DNA of 64,000 nt from Candidatus Dormiibacterota bacterium (GTDB lineage: Bacteria; Chloroflexota; Dormibacteria; Aeolococcales; Aeolococcaceae). Below the pieces are notes generated by a model that did no database searches, was not told where the DNA came from, and saw nothing but the letters and a program-made list of their open reading frames with translations. Positions 52,001-60,671 of this stretch are shown here, piece after piece. Every line of letters starts with the position of its first letter. Position 1 is the stretch's first letter. The stretch is taken from assembly GCA_963709585.1 (NCBI GenBank), contig CAVPXI010000008.1:32001-96000 (forward strand), read 5' to 3'. The translations under genes and the position numbers were made by a program.

Positions 52001-52663
52001 ATGACCTACGCGCTCCTGTTCGACTTCGATGGCGTGCTAGTCGACTCCACCCCTGCCTACCGTGCGGCCTGGTCGGAATGGGCACGAACCTATCGAGCAA
52101 ACGAGGCGTTCATTTGGGCAGACGCACACGGACGACGACCTGATGACATCATTCGTCGCGTCGCGCCCCGCGTTGACTTCTCAGAGGCGCTTCTGACGTT
52201 CGATCTGCTCCTTAGCGCCGCAATCCCTGGGCGCGTGACTCCGTTGCCGGGTGCCCTCGCGTTGCTACGCCAGTTGCGAGATGGGGAGTGGGCGATCGTC
52301 ACTTCTGGCCGACGCAGACATGTACCGGCAATGCTCGAGCACGCGCGACTTCCTTCCCCCGCAGTGCTCATCTGCGGCGATAATGTAACCGCTGGCAAGC
52401 CCGACCCTGAATGCTTCTTCCGAGCGGCGGCGCGCCTCAACGTTCCCGCCTCCCGCTGCATCGTCATCGAGGATGCGCCAGGAGGAATTACCGCGGCGCG
52501 CGCCGCAGTCATGACCACCGTTGCTGTGGCGACTACCCACCGGTTCGACGAACTCTCCGGGGCGGACAGCATCTTTACTTCGCTCAACGAGGCGTCCGGC
52601 TACCTTCTGGCCGCCGTGCGTGACCGAGGGGATCCGAGCGCGGATCTCCCCGGACAGATATGA
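52001..52663 (+). CDS. HAD-IA family phosphatase
   Basis: FDFDGVLVDS, IVTS, GKPDPE, IEDAP.G. Confidence 0.9.
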   Translation: MTYALLFDFDGVLVDSTPAYRAAWSEWARTYRANEAFIWADAHGRRPDDIIRRVAPRVDFSEALLTFDLLLSAAIPGRVTPLPGALALLRQLRDGEWAIVTSGRRRHVPAMLEHARLPSPAVLICGDNVTAGKPDPECFFRAAARLNVPASRCIVIEDAPGGITAARAAVMTTVAVATTHRFDELSGADSIFTSLNEASGYLLAAVRDRGDPSADLPGQI

Positions 52664-52799
52664 ACGCTTCCTCGTTCGCATGGCCCACCACCTAGCCATT
52701 AGGTGATCGGAAGCTAGTGGAATCTGATGCGGCTGCCACTAGTTCAGTGTCTCGCGGAGGCCTCTAGGTGCGCCTATCCCCGTGCGACTCTTCAGTCAG

Positions 52800-53555
52800 T
52801 CAGCCCGCTGGGGGCGCGATGATTTCACGAACCACCTGCGCCTTCCAAACGTATCCTAGGTCGCTCTCTGGGTTGATCCGTCCCGAATACACGCCGAGGA
52901 AACGCCAGACTGGTGCCGTGAAGATTGAGGTATCGCCGTTCTCCATTGGCACCGCACCACCCGACCGGTAGGCGATCACGGGCGACCCCGAACTTCCCGG
53001 TCGCGTGCGGCTGTCGACAAGCATTACGGGCCGATCAAGAATATCGATGCCCGGCTCGGATGCAATAGTGCCGCCAACCCAAATCCCTAACGCAGCGCCA
53101 GCAGTGCGGCCAAATGGGAAGCCGATGATGCTGACCCAGTCGCTCGGCCCGAAGGCGAGCAGAGCGCCTGGCTTCCACGGATCGTAGGAGTAGATCGCAA
53201 CATCGTCGGTCTGGGTCAGTTCCAGAGCCACGACATCAACGGCTCCTCCCAATATCGGATGTTCCCGCCAGAGAGGATCGCCAAACTCTGAATACACGGG
53301 CTCCTCGGCGATGACGTACTGGCCGATCAACGCGTTCTTGTTGTGCACGATGCGCACCCGCGACGGAACTGCGAGAGATGGGTGCAGAGGCTCGTTCGTG
53401 TCCTGATGTCGGCCTCGGAGGACATGACGGTTTGTGATGAGGTAGAAAGCTCCAGCGCGCTCCACGATGAAGCCCGTGGCGGTGCCGAGCGCCGCGTTGT
53501 CCGAGCAGGTCTCCAACAACAACGACATCACCGACGGCTGGGTGATGCTCGCCAC
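52800..53555 (-). CDS. Trypsin-like serine protease
   Basis: ATGF, TNRHV (His), DVVAL (Asp), GSSGSP (Ser); RBS GGAGG before GTG 53555. Confidence 0.82.
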   Translation of the reverse strand: MASITQPSVMSLLLETCSDNAALGTATGFIVERAGAFYLITNRHVLRGRHQDTNEPLHPSLAVPSRVRIVHNKNALIGQYVIAEEPVYSEFGDPLWREHPILGGAVDVVALELTQTDDVAIYSYDPWKPGALLAFGPSDWVSIIGFPFGRTAGAALGIWVGGTIASEPGIDILDRPVMLVDSRTRPGSSGSPVIAYRSGGAVPMENGDTSIFTAPVWRFLGVYSGRINPESDLGYVWKAQVVREIIAPPAG

Positions 53556-53760
53556 TATCGACTCCTCCGGTATAGGGTGGGCTTCCTTTCCATATACCTT
53601 AACCAGTTGTTGCCGGCAACGCTGACGCCCGAGCCCTCGCAGGCACTCGCCCAGCAAGCAGCGCTCCGCGAAGCCATCACCATCGCCGACAGCCCCTTCT
53701 CGCGTCCCCCTTCCTCTGCCACACCGGCCCGTCCTCCGTGCACTCGCTCCAGGCCATCCC

Positions 53761-53839
53761 TACTACTACAGACAATTACACCTGCGGTGTCGGCGCGTGG
53801 CCCACGGCGAAAATGTAGGCGCTATGTAGGCGTTTCGCC
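53761..53839 (-). other. Putative MOBF oriT with nic between 53770 and 53769
   Basis: Minus strand ACACC-GCA-GGTGT-AATTGTCT^GTAG resembles the R388 nic region (hairpin, then TATTGTCT^ATAG). An adjacent GGCGAAA/TTTCGCC inverted repeat encloses two ATGTAGGCG copies. Confidence 0.7.
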
Positions 53840-53874
53840 TTTACGCTGGAGCTCGTGCAACACGCGTTCTCGCG

Positions 53875-56817
53875 ATGATCTCCATCGGCAAGCTCACCAG
53901 TGTCGAGCAAGCGGTGCGATATCTCCGCGAGGCCATGGCACACCAGCAGATCGAGTACTACACCGCCCGCGGTGAGTTGCCGGGACGCTGGAACGGTGTC
54001 GGCGCCGAGGCGCTCGGGCTGCGCGGCGAGGTGATCGACACAGACTTCGCAGCCGTTCTCGCCGGCACACATCCACGCACGGGTGAGGACCTCGGCAAAC
54101 ACTGGCGGACGCAGTCGGTCGTCGCGTTCGACGTCGCGGTGTCCGCACCGAAGGACGTGAGCATCCTCTACGCGCTCGGCGACGAGCACATTCGCGCCAC
54201 CATCCTGCGCATCCACGGCGAGGGAGTCCAGGCAGCCGCCGATTATCTCCAGGCTAACGCCGGTTGGGCGCGCCAGTTCAATCCGACGACCAGGACCACT
54301 GAGGCGGTGCGCGCCAAGCTGGTCATGCCCGAGTTCGTGCATCGCACGGCACGGCCGGTCACCGATCCGAGCACCGGCAGAGTCACGGTCGACCCGCAGC
54401 TGCACACCCACGTCACGGTGCCGACGTGGGTGCAACGGCCCGACGGGAGCTGGAGCCAGCTGTACAGCGAGGGCCTCTACCAGCACGCGGCTGCTGCCGG
54501 TGCCATCGCTCAGGCGGAATGGCGCGACCGCCTGGTGCGCGAGCTGGGCATCTCCACAGTCGTGGACGGCAAGGGCTGCTTCTCCATCGTCGGCATCACC
54601 GACACGCAGCGCCGTGAGTTCTCCCGGCGCACCCAGCAGATCGAGGCGCTCGAGCGCCAGCTGGGCATCGACTCCCCATACGGACACAAGCTCGCGGTGG
54701 TGTCGACGCGCGAGAGCAAGGACGAGGTCGCCCCCACCGAGAACCTCTTCGCCCAATGGCGAGAGCGCGCCGCGGGCGTCGAACTCGACGCCACCAGCAT
54801 CCAGACCCTGCTGGCACGCGAGCCTGCGGCGTTGCGCCCGCGCCGACTCGATGTGCATCGCGCCGCGGAGCTGCTCGGTGAACGTGGGCTCACCGCCCAG
54901 TACGCGACGTTCACCCGTCGCGACGTTATCCGCAGCGTGGCTGCGCACACGCCGCTGGGGATGAGCCGGGCCCAGCTCGAAGCGGCCGCCGACGCGGTCC
55001 TCGCCGACCGCGAGGCGGTGCAACCGCTGGTGCCGCAGCGGCTCGAGGGAGAGCGCGACACCGACGCGATCACCCGATGGGTCGACAGCGGCCACGAGCT
55101 GCGCTTCACCACCCCGGAGATGCTCGCCATCGAGCGGGGCATGATCGCCACCGCTCAGCAGCGATCGGCCGCGTGCGTCGGTGTCGCCGACGCGCGCGAG
55201 GTCGAGGCGGCTATCGCCGCGCGTTCGACGCTGACCACGGACCAACGGGTGATGGTCCAGACCGTCTGCCAGATCCCGGCCGGCGTGGTGATCGTCGAGG
55301 GCGCCGCCGGGGTGGGCAAGACCTTCGCCCTCGACGTGTGCCGGGAGGCGTTCGAGGCCACCGGCATCCAGGTCGTCGGCTGCGCGCTTGCCGGACGCGC
55401 CGCCGACGTGCTCGAAACGGGCGCGGACATCCCCACCTGGACGGTCACCGGCATGCTCAACGAGCTCCAGGTCGACCACCTGCCGCCCGGCGGCGTGCTC
55501 GTGGTCGACGAGGCAGGCATGATCGGCGACCGCGAGCTTGCCGAGCTGGTCTCACTGGCGGCACGGGACACCGCCAAGCTGGTCGTGGTCGGTGACCCCG
55601 CGCAGCTCCAACCCATCGGCGCGGGGGCACCCATGCGCACCCTGGGCGAACACATCGGCAGGGTGCTGGTCACCGAGAACGTGCGCCAGAAGGAGCCCTG
55701 GGAGCGAGCCGCCCTCCAGCTGGTGCGCGACGGCGAGGCACGGGCCGCCTACGAGCTGTATCTGAGCCACGACCGCATCCACATCGCCGAGTCGGTGTCC
55801 GAGCGGCGCGCGGACGTGGTCGCCGAGCACGCGCGGCTCGAGGAACGGGGCGTTGACGCGGTGATCCTGGCCCAACGCCGCGACGAGGTTGCGGCCCTCA
55901 ACGAGCTCGCCCGGGCAAAGGCGGTCGAGGCCGAGCGTGTGCACGGACCCACGCTGACCGTGGACGGCAAGGAGTACCAGGCCGGCGACCGTGTCCTCTG
56001 CCTGAGCAACGACCGCGGCAACGGCGTGAGCAACGGCACACGCGGTACGGTGGTCGCGGTTGACGTCGAGCGTCAGACGCTCACATTGGAGCGAGGGGAT
56101 CATCGCCAGGTGGTCATCGACACCACGCAGTACGACGCCATCGACCGCGGCTACGCGATGACCGTGCACAAGGCCCAGGGGATGACCGCCGAGGTTGCCC
56201 TGGTGGTGGGTTCCGACGGCGCCACCCGGGAGTGGACGTACACGGCGATGTCCCGCGGCACCGAGGCCACCCACTACTACGCGGTCGCCCAGCCACCTGA
56301 GCGTGACCGCCTCGGCGTCAGCCACACGGCGGCGCCGACGCATCCCGCAGAGGAGCGGATCGTGCATTCGTGGGAGCGCTCGCTGCAGAAGGAGTCGGCG
56401 CTCGACTACCCGGAGCGGTATGGCGAGGCCGATCGGGACCACACCGTCTCAGCACCCGACGTCTACGCGCCCGCGACGGAAGCGCAGCGCGCGGCGCTCG
56501 CCGACCTCGGCGCTCCCGAACCTGGCGAGCACGCAACCCGGCTCGAGGCCGCCCTGGAGATCGACCGCTGGTCCGAGCAGACCCCGGGCACGGGCCTGGA
56601 TCAGTGGCTGCACGAGACCGACGCCGCCGAGCACCGGCTCGAGCAGCTCATCAGCGACGACGGCGGCGTGCGACCCGACCGCGCCGACCTGCCGCATCCA
56701 TCACGAGGCATCAACCCAGGCGACTTCGAGGCTGCGAAGGCGCTGCTCGACCCCTACCATGCGCTTCTCGAGGTGGAGGCGCTCGCGCCGGCAATCGGTC
56801 CGGGGCTCGCGCCGTGA
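53875..56817 (+). CDS. MOBF (TrwC/TraI-like) relaxase-helicase
   Basis: N-terminal RYL...EYY...GRW.G, SAPKDVS, HRTAR...DPQLHTH (HUH), FSRR; helicase GAAGVGKT, DEAGM, YAMTVHKAQG. Confidence 0.94.
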   Translation: MISIGKLTSVEQAVRYLREAMAHQQIEYYTARGELPGRWNGVGAEALGLRGEVIDTDFAAVLAGTHPRTGEDLGKHWRTQSVVAFDVAVSAPKDVSILYALGDEHIRATILRIHGEGVQAAADYLQANAGWARQFNPTTRTTEAVRAKLVMPEFVHRTARPVTDPSTGRVTVDPQLHTHVTVPTWVQRPDGSWSQLYSEGLYQHAAAAGAIAQAEWRDRLVRELGISTVVDGKGCFSIVGITDTQRREFSRRTQQIEALERQLGIDSPYGHKLAVVSTRESKDEVAPTENLFAQWRERAAGVELDATSIQTLLAREPAALRPRRLDVHRAAELLGERGLTAQYATFTRRDVIRSVAAHTPLGMSRAQLEAAADAVLADREAVQPLVPQRLEGERDTDAITRWVDSGHELRFTTPEMLAIERGMIATAQQRSAACVGVADAREVEAAIAARSTLTTDQRVMVQTVCQIPAGVVIVEGAAGVGKTFALDVCREAFEATGIQVVGCALAGRAADVLETGADIPTWTVTGMLNELQVDHLPPGGVLVVDEAGMIGDRELAELVSLAARDTAKLVVVGDPAQLQPIGAGAPMRTLGEHIGRVLVTENVRQKEPWERAALQLVRDGEARAAYELYLSHDRIHIAESVSERRADVVAEHARLEERGVDAVILAQRRDEVAALNELARAKAVEAERVHGPTLTVDGKEYQAGDRVLCLSNDRGNGVSNGTRGTVVAVDVERQTLTLERGDHRQVVIDTTQYDAIDRGYAMTVHKAQGMTAEVALVVGSDGATREWTYTAMSRGTEATHYYAVAQPPERDRLGVSHTAAPTHPAEERIVHSWERSLQKESALDYPERYGEADRDHTVSAPDVYAPATEAQRAALADLGAPEPGEHATRLEAALEIDRWSEQTPGTGLDQWLHETDAAEHRLEQLISDDGGVRPDRADLPHPSRGINPGDFEAAKALLDPYHALLEVEALAPAIGPGLAP

Positions 56818-57327
56818 CGCGCACGACCAACGGCACAGCCGGCCGGATCGCGGCGCTCACCCAATGGGCAGCACAGCTCGACGTCGGCCTTGCGTCCGTC
56901 GCCGGACAGGTGGCCGAGCTACGGACCCGTCTGGACGACCCTGAGCACGCCGCGGTATCCCCCGCGGACGTCAGCCGCGGCATCGCCGATAACGCGCAGC
57001 CGAGCGAGGACTTCGTGTCGCTCCTGGATTGGGTCAACTGGATGGCGCGCGCATTCGCTCTCTCGGAACGCTTCCCCAGCTGCTGGTACAAGCACGAGGG
57101 CGTGGTCGTGGCACTCCGGGCGCTTCGCCACTGGCACTCCGCGCTGCAACGTAGCGGCTCGAGCGACCCCTCGCTCGACCATCCTCTGGGTCGATGCCGT
57201 CTATCGAATCAATGACCGAATGCTGCGGCCAGTCGCGCAGCATTGCTTGTCGAACCACCGGGACGCGCCCAACCTCGACCGCCCGACGGAGGACGAGCTG
57301 CCGCACGGGCGATTGACCGCCCGGTAA
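56814..57327 (+). CDS. DUF4913-like protein (frameshift ~57178)
   Basis: LLDWVNW...FPSCWYKHEGVVVALRAL..W motif; GTGA coupled to the relaxase. Confidence 0.6.
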
Positions 57328-57438
57328 GCCACCGAAAGGCCGAGACGGCCGCTGGTGACCTGCATGTCAACAGGATGTCAACAGGAAAAACTGTAAGCGA
57401 TATGAGAGCGCTGTCACGCTACGATTGAGACGCCCACC

Positions 57439-57768
57439 TTGCATGACTCCTCAGATGCACCAGCCTCAATCCTTGCCAGAGCTCACCGCCGACGGGACGG
57501 TTCATCGGTGCCCGACGTGAGCGACACCTCCAATGCCGTCGGATTGTGGGACGAGAACATCCACAGCTTTCGAGGCGCTGCGCTGCGTCGTGCGATCCTC
57601 GCTCGCGGGTGGACGATTCCCGATTTCGCTCGGGCAACACAACTCCACGCGGCCTCTGTGTACAACGCCGTCAAAGGGCGTCCCGTTCGGGACTCCACGG
57701 CAATACGAATCTTTGAGGCGCTCGAGAAGAGAGAGCCGATGTCGGTCGCAATGCAGTTGGCGAGCTGA
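57439..57768 (+). CDS. XRE-type helix-turn-helix protein
   Basis: LRRAILARGWTIPDFARATQLHAASVYNAVKG; true start may be GTG ~57517. Confidence 0.7.
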   Translation: MHDSSDAPASILARAHRRRDGSSVPDVSDTSNAVGLWDENIHSFRGAALRRAILARGWTIPDFARATQLHAASVYNAVKGRPVRDSTAIRIFEALEKREPMSVAMQLAS

Positions 57769-57789
57769 CTGTAAATAGACTCCGGCGCG

Positions 57790-58497
57790 CTAGACGCCTT
57801 GGACAACGGCGACGCGAACCGTGATGTTGCCTTGAGGCCCCGTTACGTCCCCCTCGAATCCACGTGGGTTGTCGACGAGTCCCTGCGGGTCGTACACCAG
57901 GCACACCAGGATCTTGCAATCCGGGTGCGCTTGGTACCTCAGCAAATCGACCGCGAGCTCGTCACCGATCGAACGAGCGTGATGCCCGGGTCTCGTCATC
58001 TTTGTCTCAATAACCACCTGTTCCCGCTTTAACAGGAAGTCCATCCTCGACGAACCGCCCGCGTAGCTCGGGATCCACTCCTCGGGCCTCACGTCTTCAA
58101 ACATTGCGACGAGAATCGTCCTGAGCAGATCTTGAACGTCGTATTCGTCGACGATCGCAATCGGGGGTCTGGCCGCGTGACGCCGCTGCATGGAGCGGAT
58201 AGAGAGCGGCAGGCGTCGACACGCCGCCTCGACCACGTGGGCTTCTGTCTCGCCGAGCCCAGAGCGTTCGCTCTCAACTGCTTCCTCGAGTACCTGGCGC
58301 TGGCCAAGCAACGAAGGCACGAGGGTCGTCTCGACCGGATTCGACCAATACGGAATGAGCGGATTGGGCGCTACCGATGGGTCGTCTGAGACTAGTGGAT
58401 TGCGCTGAGTAGGCGCCTCGAGAAACTGCTTGATTCGTTTCGTGAACGCACCGCCCTCGTAGAAGTCGCGGAATTTCGCCTGCAACGGCTGGGGCAC
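57790..58497 (-). CDS. PD-(D/E)XK nuclease (REase-like)
   Basis: EYDVQDLL, PEEWIPSYAG.SSRMDFLL...IETK, VYDP. The frame stays open upstream to ~58665, so the start is uncertain. Confidence 0.78.
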   Translation of the reverse strand: MPQPLQAKFRDFYEGGAFTKRIKQFLEAPTQRNPLVSDDPSVAPNPLIPYWSNPVETTLVPSLLGQRQVLEEAVESERSGLGETEAHVVEAACRRLPLSIRSMQRRHAARPPIAIVDEYDVQDLLRTILVAMFEDVRPEEWIPSYAGGSSRMDFLLKREQVVIETKMTRPGHHARSIGDELAVDLLRYQAHPDCKILVCLVYDPQGLVDNPRGFEGDVTGPQGNITVRVAVVQGV

Positions 58498-58729
58498 GAC
58501 GATCAGGCACAGCGCATACCATTGAAGGTAGTCATCGCGCAGACGTTCAACAGCACCCTGATCAGCGGGCGCGGCGGTGTCTGCCTGGAGCCTGCGAGCG
58601 CTCGCTTCGAGCGCAGGGACGTGAGGGATGAGCGCGGCCAGACTCGACTCCGAGGAAACGCTCGCCTACAGAGCGTCGCAGATTGACAGCGCCAGCAGTA
58701 CGCCTAGGGTTGCTCCCCCTTGGCAGCGC

Positions 58730-59761
58730 CTAAAACCGGACTCGCGCCGCGGCCTGGAGGACGGCTTCGCTCGTCTTGCCGCGGTAGTAGTAGGCGACCA
58801 TGTCGCTGCTGGCGTGGCCGAGGAGCTGCTGCAGATGGAGCATGTGCATGCCGGCATCCGCGCACCACGTGCAGAACGTGTGCCGGAAGCGATACGCGTT
58901 GCACCTGATGCCGGTCGCCTCGCCGAGCTTCGCGAGCATCGATTTGAGGCCCTCCATCGTGAGCGGCTGTGCCCGCCCGAAATGGTCATTGCGCAGGGAG
59001 AGGAACAGGCGCCCCTCGCCCACTGGCCTGGCGGTGTCGGTCAGGTGCGCCCGGAGCAACCGCGGCAGGATGCTCTGTCCGACCGTGAGGGGCACATCGC
59101 GGAAGCCCGCTTGGGTCTTGGTCGCGTCGGGATCGTGCACCGTGCCGCGGATCTCGACGATCGGCGGGGTGCGGTCGAGGCGGATGTGCTGCTCCTCGAG
59201 TGCCAGGAGCTCGCTGGGACGCATGCCCGTGTAGAGGAGCATGGCGACGATGAGGCGGTCCCGGCCCGTCAGCGCGGCCTTGAGCAGGCGCTCCGCCTCG
59301 CCCTGGGTGAGCGCGGGGTCGCGTCGCCGCTCGTAGTCGGTCGCCGGCGAGACCCGCAGCGTGGTCAACGCCCCACCGGCCGCTTGGTTGGTGCCGAAGT
59401 GCTCGTCGCAGAACGCACCGAAGGAACGGAGCTGACCGCGCACCTTCTTGATGGTCGCCGAGTCGCGGCGGAGATCGACCTGGAGCCAGCGCAGGTACTC
59501 GGCCGCCAGGTCGCCGTTCCAGGAGGCGACGGCCTCGATGCCCCGCTCGCGGCGAAAGCCCGTCAGGGGGGTGCCCAAGAGGTTGTGGCGGATGTTCTCC
59601 CGGCTCGTCGAGCTGAAGACCCGTCCCGTCTTGCGCGAGACATGCCCCGCGGCGAAGCGCTCTACCGCTCGCTCGAAGGAGAGAGGGCCTTCGCCGACCG
59701 GTGCCGGTGTGCGACCGGGTGGCCGGTGGTTCGGTTGCAACGGCTGCAGCCAGTCTGGCAT
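58730..59761 (-). CDS. Tyrosine recombinase / integrase
   Basis: TGMRPSEL, TKT, YRFRHTF, LLGH, AYYY; directly downstream of tRNA-Gly. Confidence 0.92.
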   Translation of the reverse strand: MPDWLQPLQPNHRPPGRTPAPVGEGPLSFERAVERFAAGHVSRKTGRVFSSTSRENIRHNLLGTPLTGFRRERGIEAVASWNGDLAAEYLRWLQVDLRRDSATIKKVRGQLRSFGAFCDEHFGTNQAAGGALTTLRVSPATDYERRRDPALTQGEAERLLKAALTGRDRLIVAMLLYTGMRPSELLALEEQHIRLDRTPPIVEIRGTVHDPDATKTQAGFRDVPLTVGQSILPRLLRAHLTDTARPVGEGRLFLSLRNDHFGRAQPLTMEGLKSMLAKLGEATGIRCNAYRFRHTFCTWCADAGMHMLHLQQLLGHASSDMVAYYYRGKTSEAVLQAAARVRF

Positions 59762-59912
59762 CTCGGCCGAGAGTTTAGCACCGTTTTGTTAGGTAAGTGG
59801 TGGAGGCGACTCGCTGCCCCCTACTTTCGGCGCACTCGACACAAATCAAGGTAGGGTGCTCAGCGGGCGTACGAGGGTCGAAATGAATTCGACCAAGCCC
59901 CTCGAGGGAGGC

Positions 59913-59987
59913 TGGAGCGGGAGACGAGGCTCGAACTCGCGACCCCTACCTTGGCAAGGTAGTGCTCTACCACTGAGCTACTCCCGC
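59913..59987 (-). tRNA. tRNA-Gly (GCC)
   Basis: GCGGGAGTAGCTCAGTGGTAGAGCACTACCTTGCCAAGGTAGGGGTCGCGAGTTCGAGCCTCGTCTCCCGCTCCA folds as a cloverleaf. Confidence 0.97.
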
Positions 59988-60130
59988 GGGCCTTTTGATC
60001 TCAGCTCGACCACTTCCTTGGATTTCTCTGCCTTGCAGCATCAATACTCCAGCCGAGAAGTGTTCGATCGCCGAGCCGAAAAGGTAGCACCTCAGTCCTC
60101 GCCTGTTCCTGTGTGCCCCTGGAGTGTGTA

Positions 60131-60160
60131 TATTATCGCGTGCGCATATCAGATGCGCAC
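60131..60160 (+). promoter_or_regulatory. -10 (TATTAT) plus palindromic operator GTGCGCAT-N5-ATGCGCAC
   Basis: Perfect 8-bp inverted repeat at 60140-60160, just upstream of an RHH-type gene. Confidence 0.6.
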
Positions 60161-60182
60161 AAACCCAAAGGAACCTCACGAG

Positions 60183-60656
60183 ATGGCACGGCGGAACGTC
60201 TACATCCGCGACGAGGATGAGGTCGTCTGGGATGGTGCCGAGAAGCTGGCCGGCGGTGCACCAATGTCTCGCGTCATCACCGAAGCGCTGCGGGCATACG
60301 TCAGCAGCCGGGATGGCAATCCGATGCAGCGGCTGACCATCGGCACCATGCACGGGGGCGAAGAGATAACCAAAGCGTTCATTGGGAGATGGCTGATAGC
60401 GCCGGATGAGGCGTACCGCTCAGAGCACGAGGGCGACGCCAGTATCGAGACTCAGGTGCGCGCCGGTACCACCTTTGCAGTCGCCGAGACAGCGAAGGAG
60501 CACATCGTGGTCTATGTGGACGCGGGCACTGGTGGGGCCGAATTCGACGTTTATGACAATTTCGACCAGGCGGAAGAGCGAGGCATTCCGGGCGACGTCC
60601 TGACCCTGGCAGCAAAGCGCGCCGGCATTGAGCGCGCCGAGCTGCTGGATATCTAG
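60183..60656 (+). CDS. EXLDI-family-like protein (N-terminal ribbon-helix-helix)
   Basis: RNVYIRDED..VW..AEKLAGG..MSRVITEALRAYV; C-terminus ELLDI. Confidence 0.7.
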   Translation: MARRNVYIRDEDEVVWDGAEKLAGGAPMSRVITEALRAYVSSRDGNPMQRLTIGTMHGGEEITKAFIGRWLIAPDEAYRSEHEGDASIETQVRAGTTFAVAETAKEHIVVYVDAGTGGAEFDVYDNFDQAEERGIPGDVLTLAAKRAGIERAELLDI

Positions 60657-60671
60657 GAGCAACCGGACGAG

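Larger units (their letters stand above)
50766..59960. mobile_element. Integrative mobilizable element at tRNA-Gly (~9.1 kb)
   Basis: att repeats, tyrosine integrase, MOBF relaxase and oriT-like site; no T4SS or T4CP genes. Confidence 0.85.

Noticed and set aside
59856-60182. Long N-terminus of the 266-aa ORF
   Set aside because: It runs antisense across tRNA-Gly and over a promoter/operator. The real start is probably ATG 60183.
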